From an uncultured virus (IMG/VR IMGVR_UViG_3300042867_001762) (lineage: Duplodnaviria > Heunggongvirae > Uroviricota > Caudoviricetes), in IMG/VR virus record IMGVR_UViG_3300042867_001762: a stretch of DNA of 64,000 bases. One strand, 5' to 3'. The notes under the pieces were generated by a model. It ran no database searches, was not told the DNA's origin, and saw only the letters and a list, made by a program, of their open reading frames with translations. The translations under genes were made by a program, and so were the position numbers. Below, piece by piece: positions 46,399-55,859 of the stretch; position 1 is the first letter of the stretch; each line of letters begins with the position of its first letter.

Positions 46399-46411
46399 AC
46401 GGCCTCCGGTT

Positions 46412-46552
46412 TCATTTTGACGAAAGGTAGGTGATAACCACCTCTGACTCGATCACCTTTACTTCGGGGATTGGGCTCTGCCGAGGAGCTGGCTCCTGCA
46501 CTTGACCACAGGCAACAGAAAGAATACAGATAATAAAAATGCTACGAATCAT
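46412..46552 (-). CDS. small putative lipoprotein (46 aa)
   Basis: Manual translation MIRSIFIICILSVACGQVQEP...; lipobox SVAC; fills the gap. Confidence 0.5.
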   Translation of the reverse strand: MIRSIFIICILSVACGQVQEPAPRQSPIPEVKVIESEVVITYLSSK

Positions 46553-46553
46553 A

Positions 46554-46931
46554 TCACCACCAAGAAGAATAAAAAACAGCGCTGCCATTTACGATCAGCT
46601 CACGCGCCTGTCGAATGAATTGAAGATCCCGCTCTTGTTCGTCTTCGTCGTTGCGGGATGAACCAAAAAAGAAACCATTGGTATGCGGCAGAGCGCCGCG
46701 TAAGATATCCAGTTCAAGCTCAGAAAGATCGGCCTCAGTCAGCAGGACAGGAACGCAATTGAATTCCTCTTTGCCGCCCTTGGCTTCATAAAGCCGACGC
46801 ATCCAACCCTGAAGGTTTGGGTGCTTGCGCCAGTAAAAGAAATCTTTTGCATCCTCGGGCTGCCCGAAGTCTACGACTGCTGTCCCGATGCTTTGCGGCT
46901 TGCAGTAATAAGCATTTTGATCAAGTCCCAT
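46554..46931 (-). CDS. phage protein with MGLD...YWRKH motif
   Basis: MGLDQ, YWRKHPNLQGWM, FNC, GFFFG, YSSWW; AGGAG RBS. Confidence 0.75.
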   Translation of the reverse strand: MGLDQNAYYCKPQSIGTAVVDFGQPEDAKDFFYWRKHPNLQGWMRRLYEAKGGKEEFNCVPVLLTEADLSELELDILRGALPHTNGFFFGSSRNDEDEQERDLQFIRQARELIVNGSAVFYSSWW

Positions 46932-46963
46932 AAAAGGTTCTCCTACAGTTCGTTTTCGGGCTT

Positions 46964-47000
46964 CAGGATCGAGCGACGCGGGCTTTAGGCCCGCCCGGTT
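46964..47000 (-). promoter_or_regulatory. CCTAAA-N13-GATCC element, copy 12 (divergent intergenic region)
   Basis: CAGGATC-gagcgacgcgggc-TTTAGG; stem GCGGGC/GCCCGC. Confidence 0.75.
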
Positions 47001-47012
47001 GTACAAGACTCC

Positions 47013-47810
47013 ATGGACAGCCCTCGGTATAACGATCAAGAGATCATAAGCAGAACTGGTGCCGGTGCTGTGCTAGGAGAAGGCGCGCATGGAAAGGTAT
47101 ATGCCGCTTCATGGCACGACTCGCCGGCAGCGCTAAAAATAATAGGCAGGTCTGTTGCAGATCAAGAGTTGCGGGCTACTAGAAAAATACAAAGTATAAA
47201 AAGCACAATAAGTCCATTCGCGGCCGCCATCCTGCCAGACATATACGAAGCAGATTGGCTCGTGGGTCACGGTGGCTATGTGCTAATGGAAGCATTAGAG
47301 CCACTCAGCCCAGCGGCTTCAGAGCGGTTGTTTGCTCCGCTATGCAACAGAAGCAAGAAAGAGCAGCGGGCATGCCTAAACAATGAGCCTTTTCTTCATA
47401 TGATTGCATCCAGTCTTTATCAGATGGCGAGCAGCAATCTGCTAGCAGACAGCGTAGTACGCTGTGTAGCCCAACGGCTAGCAGCCCGCGGTATACCAGA
47501 GACATATGACGGCGAGTGCGTACAGCGTATAGCAGAAGAGGTGGTGCGTACTACGGCCGGTACCCATGTCGATACCGCAAGGCATTTGGCCAACCTGGCA
47601 GTCACTAGAATAGCAGGCGCAAAAAGCATACCTGCAAGCAGTCGACATGTACACCTCTGCGATGAGGTCGGCGAAGATATCAGGCAAGCGCTGTGCGATC
47701 TCCTAGAGAATGGCGTGTCATGGAACGATCTTCACGAAGAGAACCTGATGTCTAGAGGCGGGCAACCGGTGCTCATAGATTTTGCAGAATACGAACTCAC
47801 TGACCCCTGA
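47013..47810 (+). CDS. protein kinase-like protein
   Basis: LGEGAHGKVY, ALK, YVLME, DLHEENLM, LIDF. Confidence 0.75.
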   Translation: MDSPRYNDQEIISRTGAGAVLGEGAHGKVYAASWHDSPAALKIIGRSVADQELRATRKIQSIKSTISPFAAAILPDIYEADWLVGHGGYVLMEALEPLSPAASERLFAPLCNRSKKEQRACLNNEPFLHMIASSLYQMASSNLLADSVVRCVAQRLAARGIPETYDGECVQRIAEEVVRTTAGTHVDTARHLANLAVTRIAGAKSIPASSRHVHLCDEVGEDIRQALCDLLENGVSWNDLHEENLMSRGGQPVLIDFAEYELTDP

Positions 47811-47979
47811 TAACGCCACGCTGCAATAGGTAGATTGCAGTACGTCCATACCAGCCTTGCAGGCTGTATGCGGCTCCGCTATCATGCAGATATTGCCAGG
47901 CAGAAACAACCTCTTCCTCGCTCTCAGCCTCTGCGTCTCCTTCAACAAGAGAAACCGCTCGTAACAAATTCATGAGCAC
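47797..47979 (-). CDS. small phage protein
   Basis: AWQYL.DSG...LQGWYGRTA motif. Confidence 0.6.
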   Translation of the reverse strand: MLMNLLRAVSLVEGDAEAESEEEVVSAWQYLHDSGAAYSLQGWYGRTAIYLLQRGVIRGQ

Positions 47980-48239
47980 GCTTCCGGAGATTCAGAACAT
48001 ACAAACGGGCGCATATGCCGGGCACTTTCGCACTCGGCAATATGGGCAATCATTGCGGCCTCATAGTGCTCGATCATGGCGATATGTTCTCGTGGTAGGC
48101 GCGACATATCTGTGCTGCTGACAACAAGCTGGCTGTGCTCCGCAGAATACCAAGTTGGCGCAGGTCGTACCCTGCTATCGCCGAAATCAAGAACCCATCC
48201 AAAGTCAGGTACGCTGGGTACAAGTGCAAGATAAATCAT
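47970..48239 (-). CDS. hypothetical protein
   Basis: ORF track, coupled. Confidence 0.5.
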   Translation of the reverse strand: MIYLALVPSVPDFGWVLDFGDSRVRPAPTWYSAEHSQLVVSSTDMSRLPREHIAMIEHYEAAMIAHIAECESARHMRPFVCSESPEACS

Positions 48240-48559
48240 TCGCTCTCCTTTGCAGGCTGTACAATCTCGAGTGTCTTTTCCCAGCCTAGCAACGGGAACA
48301 CTTCGCTTTCACCAGGCGACAGATAGCAATCCGTTCCAGGCAAACACTTTACATTTATCTGTCCGCGATCACCGTCACTCGGCTCTATAACGCCTGTTAC
48401 CGTTGCCAGCAGCTGGCCCCCGCGCTTGGCAAAGAAAGAGTCGGGGGCAAAGCGCACGGTGCATCCTACATGAGGCTCGCTGCTTGCGATTGAAGCCAGG
48501 ATGGCCTTCTCATCTTCGCCATCATAAAATCCGTCGTTCTCATTAATGAATTCACTCAA
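48236..48559 (-). CDS. hypothetical protein
   Basis: ORF track, coupled. Confidence 0.55.
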   Translation of the reverse strand: MSEFINENDGFYDGEDEKAILASIASSEPHVGCTVRFAPDSFFAKRGGQLLATVTGVIEPSDGDRGQINVKCLPGTDCYLSPGESEVFPLLGWEKTLEIVQPAKESE

Positions 48560-48934
48560 TCGCTGCTCCGATCTTGCTCAAGTTCGTCTGCAAAGGGGTC
48601 GTCATCTGACAGGTCATCATCTAGTGTGTATATCATGAAGAAAGGAATGGATACTATACTGATCACTCCGATCAGGATAAATGCAACGAAGAATAGACCA
48701 GCAAGAGTGCTCATTTGTCCCTCGAAAGAACTGCGTTGTGTAGCGGAGAAGTATTGCCCAATAGAGATTGCAGGACATGGATCATGCGCGCCGTCATTGT
48801 GCCTATGGTTGTTTTGCCGCGATCATCTATGTGATAATAAGTATAGTCATCCCATATGGCTATGACAATCTCTTTGTCGAATGAATGTATGCTGGTCCTA
48901 GCAGCAGGAGCAGAAGACTGTCCAAAGGTTTGCA

Positions 48935-49150
48935 TCAATCCTCTTCCGTCAGAATAAGAATTGCGTCAAGAGATACTTTAGGTTTGATCTCGCTGGCGGG
49001 CAGCGCTAACCAGGTGTCTAGAGATATTGCCAAGCGCCCGCCGGCAGCATCTAATGCAAGCAGATAGCGGTCGTCGTTATCGTCAAGGAATACATCACCG
49101 GGACTGGGTGTATAGCCTTTGCGCTTTCTTGTCCTGATATCTAGTGCCAA
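48935..49150 (-). CDS. hypothetical protein
   Basis: ORF track. Confidence 0.45.
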   Translation of the reverse strand: MALDIRTRKRKGYTPSPGDVFLDDNDDRYLLALDAAGGRLAISLDTWLALPASEIKPKVSLDAILILTEED

Positions 49151-49410
49151 CGCTTCACCTGTGAAGATCCTAGTATGAAATCAAGATCCCATTTTAATTC
49201 TTGTGGCCCAATCTGAAAATAAAAGTCCAGGGTTCCAGAGCAGTCGATGAGCGACATATCTTCTGAAAAGAAAAGATATATTGCACCTAACCCCGGCTTG
49301 CTATAGCGAGCCCGATACCTGGCTCCTCGCGTAGCTGCCTCAGTAAACTCGGCTATCCATCCATCAAATGTTGGATAGCGATCTAGTATTTCATACTGCC
49401 AGAATTTCAT
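49141..49410 (-). CDS. hypothetical protein
   Basis: ORF track. Confidence 0.5.
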   Translation of the reverse strand: MKFWQYEILDRYPTFDGWIAEFTEAATRGARYRARYSKPGLGAIYLFFSEDMSLIDCSGTLDFYFQIGPQELKWDLDFILGSSQVKRWH

Positions 49411-49784
49411 TTATTTCCCTAGCAGCACTTCGGCGGCTAGTTAGTCTTACCACTCAAATGACAGTCCGCAGTACCAGCCGGGAACGTCCCACCAATATTC
49501 CCAGACAGGTCCTTCTTGTATGATGCCCTCGTAATCTACTAGGCGACACCAATCAGAAAATGGTGCTGCGCTGGTTACGAAGGCATGCTCATCCTCCTGA
49601 GTCGAGCGCACCGCAAGAGCAGGCGTGCCAGTCGCTCCACCACGGGCAGTCATCTGCATGCTCCATCTCTTGAGGCTGTTGCTTTTCGTCGCTCAAGAAA
49701 GTGCATGGTATCCGCGCTTCTCGGGTGTCGCAGACTACACATCGTCCGTCCCGTGTCCAACCAGGATGATTGTTCATATAGTTT

Positions 49785-50048
49785 TTACCACCCAGATATA
49801 AGAGCAGAGACACAGCCATCGTTTTTTATTCTGCGAATGAATCCATCTGTATAAAGTATATGGATGGTATCTCCGCAGGGAATCTCTATCCTTGTCCAAT
49901 CCCGCAGGTCTATTAAGTATCTGCTTCTTTTAACTTCTAGACTGGCGGCATTAGCATTAAGGCCCATGTATCGCGCAGCTATGCGCACCATGTCCAAAGT
50001 AGAGCCTGCGGTCGCAGCTTCGCCTATCTCATAATCAAGTAGTTTCAC
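49785..50048 (-). CDS. MKL/DW-helix paralog family protein (divergent)
   Basis: GTG 50048 after GGAG RBS: VKLLDYEIGEAATAG...AARYMGL...YTDGF. Confidence 0.55.
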   Translation of the reverse strand: MKLLDYEIGEAATAGSTLDMVRIAARYMGLNANAASLEVKRSRYLIDLRDWTRIEIPCGDTIHILYTDGFIRRIKNDGCVSALISGW

Positions 50049-50083
50049 AATAGGCTCCGGCATAGGGCGCGGCGGTCGCCACA

Positions 50084-50120
50084 CGGGATCGGGCGGGTCC
50101 GGCTTTAGGGCCGCCCCCGC
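50084..50120 (-). promoter_or_regulatory. CCTAAA-N13-GATCC element, copy 13 (just after a terminator)
   Basis: CGGGATC-gggcgggtccggc-TTTAGG. Confidence 0.75.
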
Positions 50121-50134
50121 TGCCAAGTGCAAAT

Positions 50135-50164
50135 AAAAAGGCGGCGGACTAGCCGCCGCCTTTT
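50135..50164 (-). terminator. intrinsic terminator of the LamG gene
   Basis: AAAAAGGCGGCGG-actag-CCGCCGCCTTTT; U run on minus strand. Confidence 0.85.
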
Positions 50165-50180
50165 AGTAATCAGCTTGGCT

Positions 50181-53100
50181 TCACTGGCCGCCAGATAGCG
50201 TAACCGTACCAGTTGTTTCGACCGGATCTGCATCCGATGCCGAAGCAACCGCCAGCGCAGCAAATGGCGCGTTCGCATTAAGTGCCGTTACCAGGTCTGC
50301 CGAAACTGTGCCGGCAGGAACCGATACAGATACTGCATTTCCTACTACAGCAATTCCTAGAACTCCTGGCACCTGGTCTGCGCCTCCAGCTAGACCAAGA
50401 GGTCCGCTTGATACTGGAGCGCTACCAGCTGGATCGACAAGGTCTATGATGCCGCTGGCACCAGCAATGCTCTCTACGCCCTCTAGGAAGGATTTGAGTT
50501 CAACATTTGTTGTGCCGACCGGTACGGATATGGATACTGCGTCGCCACTTGCCGAGGCTGCGAGGACTCCTGCACTTGCGTTGACGCCACCAGACAGGAA
50601 TGTCTTAGCAGCAGCGCTTGCTGACTCGACAGAGGGAGTAGCAGAGACAAGAGCAGCAGTGCTAGCAGTATTTGTCAGCAGAGTGCAAACCTCGGCTGAC
50701 GTCGAACCTGATGCCGACAGAGTTATGCTTATGTCGCTGCCGGTGACTGCCACTGACAGAGGAGCCGCAGAAGATCCGCCAGATGTCGTTGCTCCTGGGT
50801 TTGATGCAGGATCAGTGAACGATAGAGTCGCTGTGCTTGGCGTAGCACTAATGCTTACCCGCGATGATACATTGGTGCCGCCATCTCCAACTACTGCTAG
50901 AATCTGGTTGACGCTTGTATTATTTGGGAAGCGAACAATTTCTGTGCTGCCGCTAAGCTCACGCGTAACAGAGGTAGCACCCTCGTATCGCGCGACACCG
51001 ACCGTCACTCGCAAGTCTTCAATACGCCCTGTGAAGTAACCATTAGGCTCTATGGCAGCTGATTGCCAGTAGCCACCAGAGGTTGCTGGGTGCAATGGGT
51101 CTGACGTCAGAGTATAAGCTGTAGTCGAAGAAGCCTCAAGTACACCATTGACATATAGGTACGTGTTAGAGCCAGACCTTGAGACAGCAATATGCGTCCA
51201 TGTATTTAGGGCAATGTCTGAGGTAGAGGTTACGACATCAGTCGACGGGTAGACATAGAATGCGGCTTTATTTGTGGGTCCTATTATTCTAAGTAGGTGG
51301 GCACCGCTACGGGATCCGCCATAGTTAGCATATAGGGCCGGGAATCCGCTGCCACCAGCAGTTCTATAAATCCACGCCTCAATTGTAAAGTCTGCCGTGC
51401 CAATCGCAAGGTGCGGATTGTTTACGGGGCCAATCGATAGGTAATCTCCAACGCCGTCAAAGTAGACGCTCTTTGAGTTGTACTTATTACCAATAGACCA
51501 CGAAATTGTGCTACCAGCTGTTTCAATATTTGATAAACCGCCCAGATTCTGTATCTCTGCGTTTGCAAAGCTAAGCAGCAGAGCAGTCGAGGGAGCAACA
51601 GTAAGAGGAGCTGTCGGCACAGCGAAGGCAGCAGTATAAGCAGCAGAGCCATTTATCACACGGAAATCGCTCACGTAGCCTTTTAGATAAAAGGTCTCTG
51701 TCGAGGTCCTGTAGCCAAGGGTCAGGTTGCTTGTGCTATTGTTAAGTGCCGATGCGCTAAAACCGGAAGCAACCTGTCTGCCATTGGCAAAAAGGCGTAT
51801 GCTGCCGCTTGAGCGAGTTACTGCCACATGGTTCCATGCGCTTGAGCGCAGCGAGCCAGCAGCACCAGTTAGCGTTGCAGTAGTTGATCCGACTGCGTAC
51901 GTGAACTTAACGCCCGTTGTAGAGGTAGTGGCAAGGATGAACGAAGATGCAATCGCAGAAGCACTTAGCCAATGAGCAGCAATAGTCTGCTCTGCTGCCG
52001 CACCCGTTGATAGATCGGCGTAGATCCATGCCTCAATTGTGAAGTTGCCAGATAGGGTAAATGCATTGTTATCTGATATGGCAGCCAGATCACCAACTCC
52101 ATCAAAGTACGCGCTGGCGCCATTAGTGGCGACAGTGTACTCTGGGCTAGCGAAAGGACCGATTGGCAATACCTTGGCATAAGATGCCGTAATCGTAAAT
52201 CCATTGCTTGATCGATCAAATACGTTGTTGCTCTGGCAGGTCAGTAGCGAGGTGCCTGAGACAGCAGTCAAAGGAGACGTCGGTACACTAAAGGCGCCAG
52301 TGTAGACAGCAGTGCCTTTGACAAGGCGCAGGTTCGAAATATATCCTCTAAAAAAATCGGTTGTTGTGGTTCCAATATACAGTGGGTTAGGGCAATTGTT
52401 AAGAGACCCTGATGCCGTGGTGCTGTTAACTAGCTGACCATTTACGAACATCATGAGAGATGTTCCGCTGCGTGAGACCGCAACATGGCTCCACTGATTG
52501 AGGGTTATTGCGGAGGCCGCGCTCTCAATGGCAAGGTTAGTCGGCCCAATCCCGTACGAAAAGCGAAGAGCATTCGTTGCCGTTAGATGAAGAGCAAAAG
52601 AGCAACCGGTGGCCAGGCCTGATTGCCAGTGGGATACTATCGACTGAGATGCAGCAACAGTAGGACTGATCCAGGCTTCAATTGTAAAGTCGCCAGTAAA
52701 CGTGAAGGCCACATTATCTGTGACCGACATATAGTCGCTACTCGAGCTAAAGAAAGTGCTCCAGTATCCATCGGGCTTTGTATGCGGAGAGAAGGTACCC
52801 TGCTGTACGTTTCCTGTTCTAGAAACTGTCAGCGCATTGGTGCTGGAATCGCGAAAGGTATTGTTGTTAATTACGGTGGACGTTGACCCGGCCCGAACCA
52901 GTATCGGAGTATTTGCGAAATACGGATCGTTCACGCCAGTTGCAGGCAGAGCGGCAGAGGGCGTCTCTATGCTGCTGCCCATGAGGCGAACAGTTGTTGG
53001 TACGCCATAGTAAGCCGGCTTATCAGTGATGGTGAATGGCCAATCTACTCCCAGAGAAGGAATGCTTCTATTTAGGGTGGCGGTGCCGGCAACAGCAGCA

Positions 53101-53471
53101 GAGCCTAGCGATGCGGTTACTGATATATTATTACCAGCAGCGCCAGAGCTTATTGCGGTATAAGCGATGCCGCCTATGGTGGCGCCTGCTGCAATTGCTG
53201 CAATGGCCGCAGAGCTGTGTTGAACCGTTATAGAGTTGCCGCCCACTCCAGCGTTGCGGGCGCGGTAGGTCATGCCGTCAATGCTTAGCGAGGCCGCTAC
53301 AGCAGAGGTGGCGGGCGCTAGGTTATGCGTAACGCCAATTAGGTTGCCATCGCTACCAGCCATAGCCGCAGTATACAGCATATTGCCAATGCTGCCGCTG
53401 GCATAGGCAGGTCCGCCAGACCGGTCTCCTGGCATGGGATCTAGCATTACCGGATCAAAAATCATAGTCAT
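50181..53471 (-). CDS. large putative virion protein with three LamG/ConA-like domains
   Basis: Three FTIEAWI...W.H.AV.RS....F/YxNG...G.I...R repeats; S/T/G/A-rich; GN.I.V and LSGG motifs. Confidence 0.85.
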   Translation of the reverse strand: MTMIFDPVMLDPMPGDRSGGPAYASGSIGNMLYTAAMAGSDGNLIGVTHNLAPATSAVAASLSIDGMTYRARNAGVGGNSITVQHSSAAIAAIAAGATIGGIAYTAISSGAAGNNISVTASLGSAAVAGTATLNRSIPSLGVDWPFTITDKPAYYGVPTTVRLMGSSIETPSAALPATGVNDPYFANTPILVRAGSTSTVINNNTFRDSSTNALTVSRTGNVQQGTFSPHTKPDGYWSTFFSSSSDYMSVTDNVAFTFTGDFTIEAWISPTVAASQSIVSHWQSGLATGCSFALHLTATNALRFSYGIGPTNLAIESAASAITLNQWSHVAVSRSGTSLMMFVNGQLVNSTTASGSLNNCPNPLYIGTTTTDFFRGYISNLRLVKGTAVYTGAFSVPTSPLTAVSGTSLLTCQSNNVFDRSSNGFTITASYAKVLPIGPFASPEYTVATNGASAYFDGVGDLAAISDNNAFTLSGNFTIEAWIYADLSTGAAAEQTIAAHWLSASAIASSFILATTSTTGVKFTYAVGSTTATLTGAAGSLRSSAWNHVAVTRSSGSIRLFANGRQVASGFSASALNNSTSNLTLGYRTSTETFYLKGYVSDFRVINGSAAYTAAFAVPTAPLTVAPSTALLLSFANAEIQNLGGLSNIETAGSTISWSIGNKYNSKSVYFDGVGDYLSIGPVNNPHLAIGTADFTIEAWIYRTAGGSGFPALYANYGGSRSGAHLLRIIGPTNKAAFYVYPSTDVVTSTSDIALNTWTHIAVSRSGSNTYLYVNGVLEASSTTAYTLTSDPLHPATSGGYWQSAAIEPNGYFTGRIEDLRVTVGVARYEGATSVTRELSGSTEIVRFPNNTSVNQILAVVGDGGTNVSSRVSISATPSTATLSFTDPASNPGATTSGGSSAAPLSVAVTGSDISITLSASGSTSAEVCTLLTNTASTAALVSATPSVESASAAAKTFLSGGVNASAGVLAASASGDAVSISVPVGTTNVELKSFLEGVESIAGASGIIDLVDPAGSAPVSSGPLGLAGGADQVPGVLGIAVVGNAVSVSVPAGTVSADLVTALNANAPFAALAVASASDADPVETTGTVTLSGGQ

Positions 53472-53642
53472 GGCGCCTCCAGGTGCATCTTTCTGATATC
53501 AGTCTTTTTATACAACTAATATTAGAAGCAGTCTGGAAGCTTTACATAGAAGGCAAGTGTACCAACGAATCGCTATTTGCCAATGGGCAAAATTGTCGAC
53601 AGGGCTAGCCGAGCCATCTCTGTCGACCACGGCTCAACTATG

Positions 53643-54284
53643 TCACCGCCCTGTTCGGCGATTAGCCGCAGAACTCGCACGGCTTCCTGAAGCGCCACGT
53701 CTTCGACTGTTACGTTTTCTTCTGCCATCTGCCACCTCATCTATAATGCCAGCGATCTCTGCGACCTGCTTGTTATGAGCGCGATGCTTTAGTTGCACCA
53801 TCTTGTTCAGCTTGCCACCGCAGTACACAGCGAGCATCAGAGTATAAGTATTGGAAGGATAGTCTGGCGGACCAGTTAGCGCTTTTGCAAGGATGCCGCG
53901 GTACCTAACTACTAGATTCACATTGCCATTGTCATCATTCCATGTTCCTAGACAAAGATCGGCACTGCGCGGCAAATCGGCTTTTCCACTTCCTAGTTCT
54001 TCTAGTCGCACAAGTCCTTGTGCAAATGCACATATAGCGCCGTCCATGTAGACGGACCTGCCTGTATCAATCGAACGGGTCAAGCCTGCTCTGTAGTACT
54101 CCTTGCGAGCGGACTTGGTCATGCGACAGCTGCCAGCCCAACTGTTGCCGCGTCCATAAATAGTCACGGCCTTAGTACTGCGCCAGCGGGCATTGGCTAG
54201 CGAATTGTCGCGCTCGCAAGATATGCGAATAAGACCATTACTGTCTTCAGCGATATAGATATCGGTGTACTTCTTTTTTCCCAT
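53643..54284 (-). CDS. basic hypothetical protein
   Basis: 213-aa ORF with GAGGG RBS. Confidence 0.6.
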   Translation of the reverse strand: MGKKKYTDIYIAEDSNGLIRISCERDNSLANARWRSTKAVTIYGRGNSWAGSCRMTKSARKEYYRAGLTRSIDTGRSVYMDGAICAFAQGLVRLEELGSGKADLPRSADLCLGTWNDDNGNVNLVVRYRGILAKALTGPPDYPSNTYTLMLAVYCGGKLNKMVQLKHRAHNKQVAEIAGIIDEVADGRRKRNSRRRGASGSRASSAANRRTGR

Positions 54285-54304
54285 GACTAATCAAATCCCT
54301 CACT

Positions 54305-54604
54305 TCAAAGATCTAGAACCTCACTATGCCTTACTGATGACGGGTACCATAGGCTGACCGTGGGGCAGGTAACCGGTCCACAGATCTCACTGATGAAAGA
54401 ATCCTCTGGCATCCAAGAATAGCCCTGATGACCAGGCAAAGTAAGAAATATTTCTCGGTAACCTGGAAAACGAACAACAGGATAATGCTCTAGCTGTACC
54501 TGGCTAATGCCTGTAAGCTTGAACTGATCCACTAGGATCGCGACAGCACTTTTCCAGTCTTTGCTCTCGAACGCGCAAATCATCCGGTAATGGTTGAGTT
54601 TCAT
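54305..54604 (-). CDS. MKL/DW-helix paralog family protein
   Basis: MKLNHYRMICAFESKDWKSAVAILVDQFKL...YSW. Confidence 0.72.
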   Translation of the reverse strand: MKLNHYRMICAFESKDWKSAVAILVDQFKLTGISQVQLEHYPVVRFPGYREIFLTLPGHQGYSWMPEDSFISEICGPVTCPTVSLWYPSSVRHSEVLDL

Positions 54605-54867
54605 TTGGTTTTCGGTATCTTGATCCATGCTCGCGGTCGACCACTGGTCCATCCATCAGAACATTTCCAGCCAAAGCCCTCTGTCCACGAGTAAATGCGA
54701 TTGCCGTCGTGGTAGGCCACACTAGGGCGCCTGGCGACATACTCTTCTATGAAAATAGAAGAGGCACCGTTAGGATCGAGATTAAAATTAAGAAACAGTA
54801 TTCGCAGAGCTTCCTGCCATGACCTGCGGGAGAGTGCATCTGCTACAGCATAGTCAAGTATTTTCAT
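54601..54867 (-). CDS. MKL/DW-helix paralog family protein
   Basis: MKILDYAVADALSRRSWQEALRILFLNFNL...YSWTEGF. Confidence 0.72.
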   Translation of the reverse strand: MKILDYAVADALSRRSWQEALRILFLNFNLDPNGASSIFIEEYVARRPSVAYHDGNRIYSWTEGFGWKCSDGWTSGRPRAWIKIPKTK

Positions 54868-55138
54868 TGCGGCACTCTATAAAAATGCTAGGAACTTCTC
54901 GTGGGTAGCGCAGGAGGCCGCCCTCAAAGCATCCGCCCTCTTCCCAATAATAGATGCGATGCCCAACTGATATACTCATGCAGCATACGTTGCCCGTATC
55001 GCAATCCACCTTTAGCTTTATCTGCTCAAGAGGCGGGAGAGAGCCAGTTATGCCAAAATGATCTGCGAGGCATCTCGCTGCGCCTAGCCAGTCTCTTCTC
55101 TCAATAGCATCGGCTATCGCATAAGATGCTAGCTTCAT
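54854..55138 (-). CDS. MKL/DW-helix paralog family protein
   Basis: MKLASYAIADAIERRDWLGAARCLADHFGI...YYWEEG. Confidence 0.72.
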   Translation of the reverse strand: MKLASYAIADAIERRDWLGAARCLADHFGITGSLPPLEQIKLKVDCDTGNVCCMSISVGHRIYYWEEGGCFEGGLLRYPREVPSIFIECRNENT

Positions 55139-55434
55139 TTGCTAACCGTGTGAGGGACGTCGCCTATCCCCTTGGCAATACACACGAATGCGTCAAGGCC
55201 TGAGCTATTAAATACAATACCGCGATAAAAGCCACAATAGGAATTCCAGCAGTATTTCGATTTGCCCATGTAGATAAATGCAGTGTCCCAGTAACCAGTA
55301 CCTAGTTTAGGCGCCGAAGATTGGATTAGTTGTGTTGCGCTTTGTAAGCCGAAATGATCTATTAAAATAGAAATTACACTGTCCCAGTCTTGGGCATCAA
55401 AGGCTTCTCGCATGAGATACGATGCCAGCTTCAC
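55135..55434 (-). CDS. MKL/DW-helix paralog family protein
   Basis: VKLASYLMREAFDAQDWDSVISILIDHFGL...YCWNSYCGF. Confidence 0.72.
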   Translation of the reverse strand: MKLASYLMREAFDAQDWDSVISILIDHFGLQSATQLIQSSAPKLGTGYWDTAFIYMGKSKYCWNSYCGFYRGIVFNSSGLDAFVCIAKGIGDVPHTVSK

Positions 55435-55805
55435 TTGGAAAAAGAAGCGCCGCAACCACATGTGCGCCGGATCTCGTCAGAACGGAACTTGAAGCCGCTT
55501 TCTTGTAGTGTGCGCAGATAGTCAACCGTAGTGCCTTTTAAATACGGCTCGCTGAAGCAGTCGATTACAAAGTGTAGCCCGCCCACAAGATAAATGGAAT
55601 CTTCTTCCGGGTCGACATCCGCCCGTTTGATGAACTCAAGATTGTGCATGAATCCAGAGCAACCACCGCCCTTTACGCCGATCCTAATGCCAAAGACATC
55701 GGGACCTGGGTCCGCAGAATAGGCTGCCCGGAATTGCAGCAGAGCTTCTTCCGTAACTGTAACAGGGCACAAATCTGCGCTTTTAATGTCCTCTGCTGTC
55801 ATCAC
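55431..55805 (-). CDS. A-type Fe-S cluster carrier (IscA/ErpA/HesB family)
   Basis: IRIGVKGGGCSGF, YLKGTTVDY, GFKF, TCGCGASF. Confidence 0.92.
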   Translation of the reverse strand: MMTAEDIKSADLCPVTVTEEALLQFRAAYSADPGPDVFGIRIGVKGGGCSGFMHNLEFIKRADVDPEEDSIYLVGGLHFVIDCFSEPYLKGTTVDYLRTLQESGFKFRSDEIRRTCGCGASFSK

Positions 55806-55859
55806 ATTACCTCGCTGGTTCGCAATAGTACGCGCACCAAACTGTTGCTGTTACTTACT

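Noticed and set aside
46932..47039. ORF-track N-terminal extensions running through or up to the element, often with LKP...D peptides (also 50049-50132, 56559-56627, 22682-22714, 33843-33875)
   Set aside because: They are translations of the DNA element and its leader; RBS-supported starts lie downstream.
50308..51039. 243-aa plus-strand ORF
   Set aside because: Antisense shadow of the low-complexity LamG gene.
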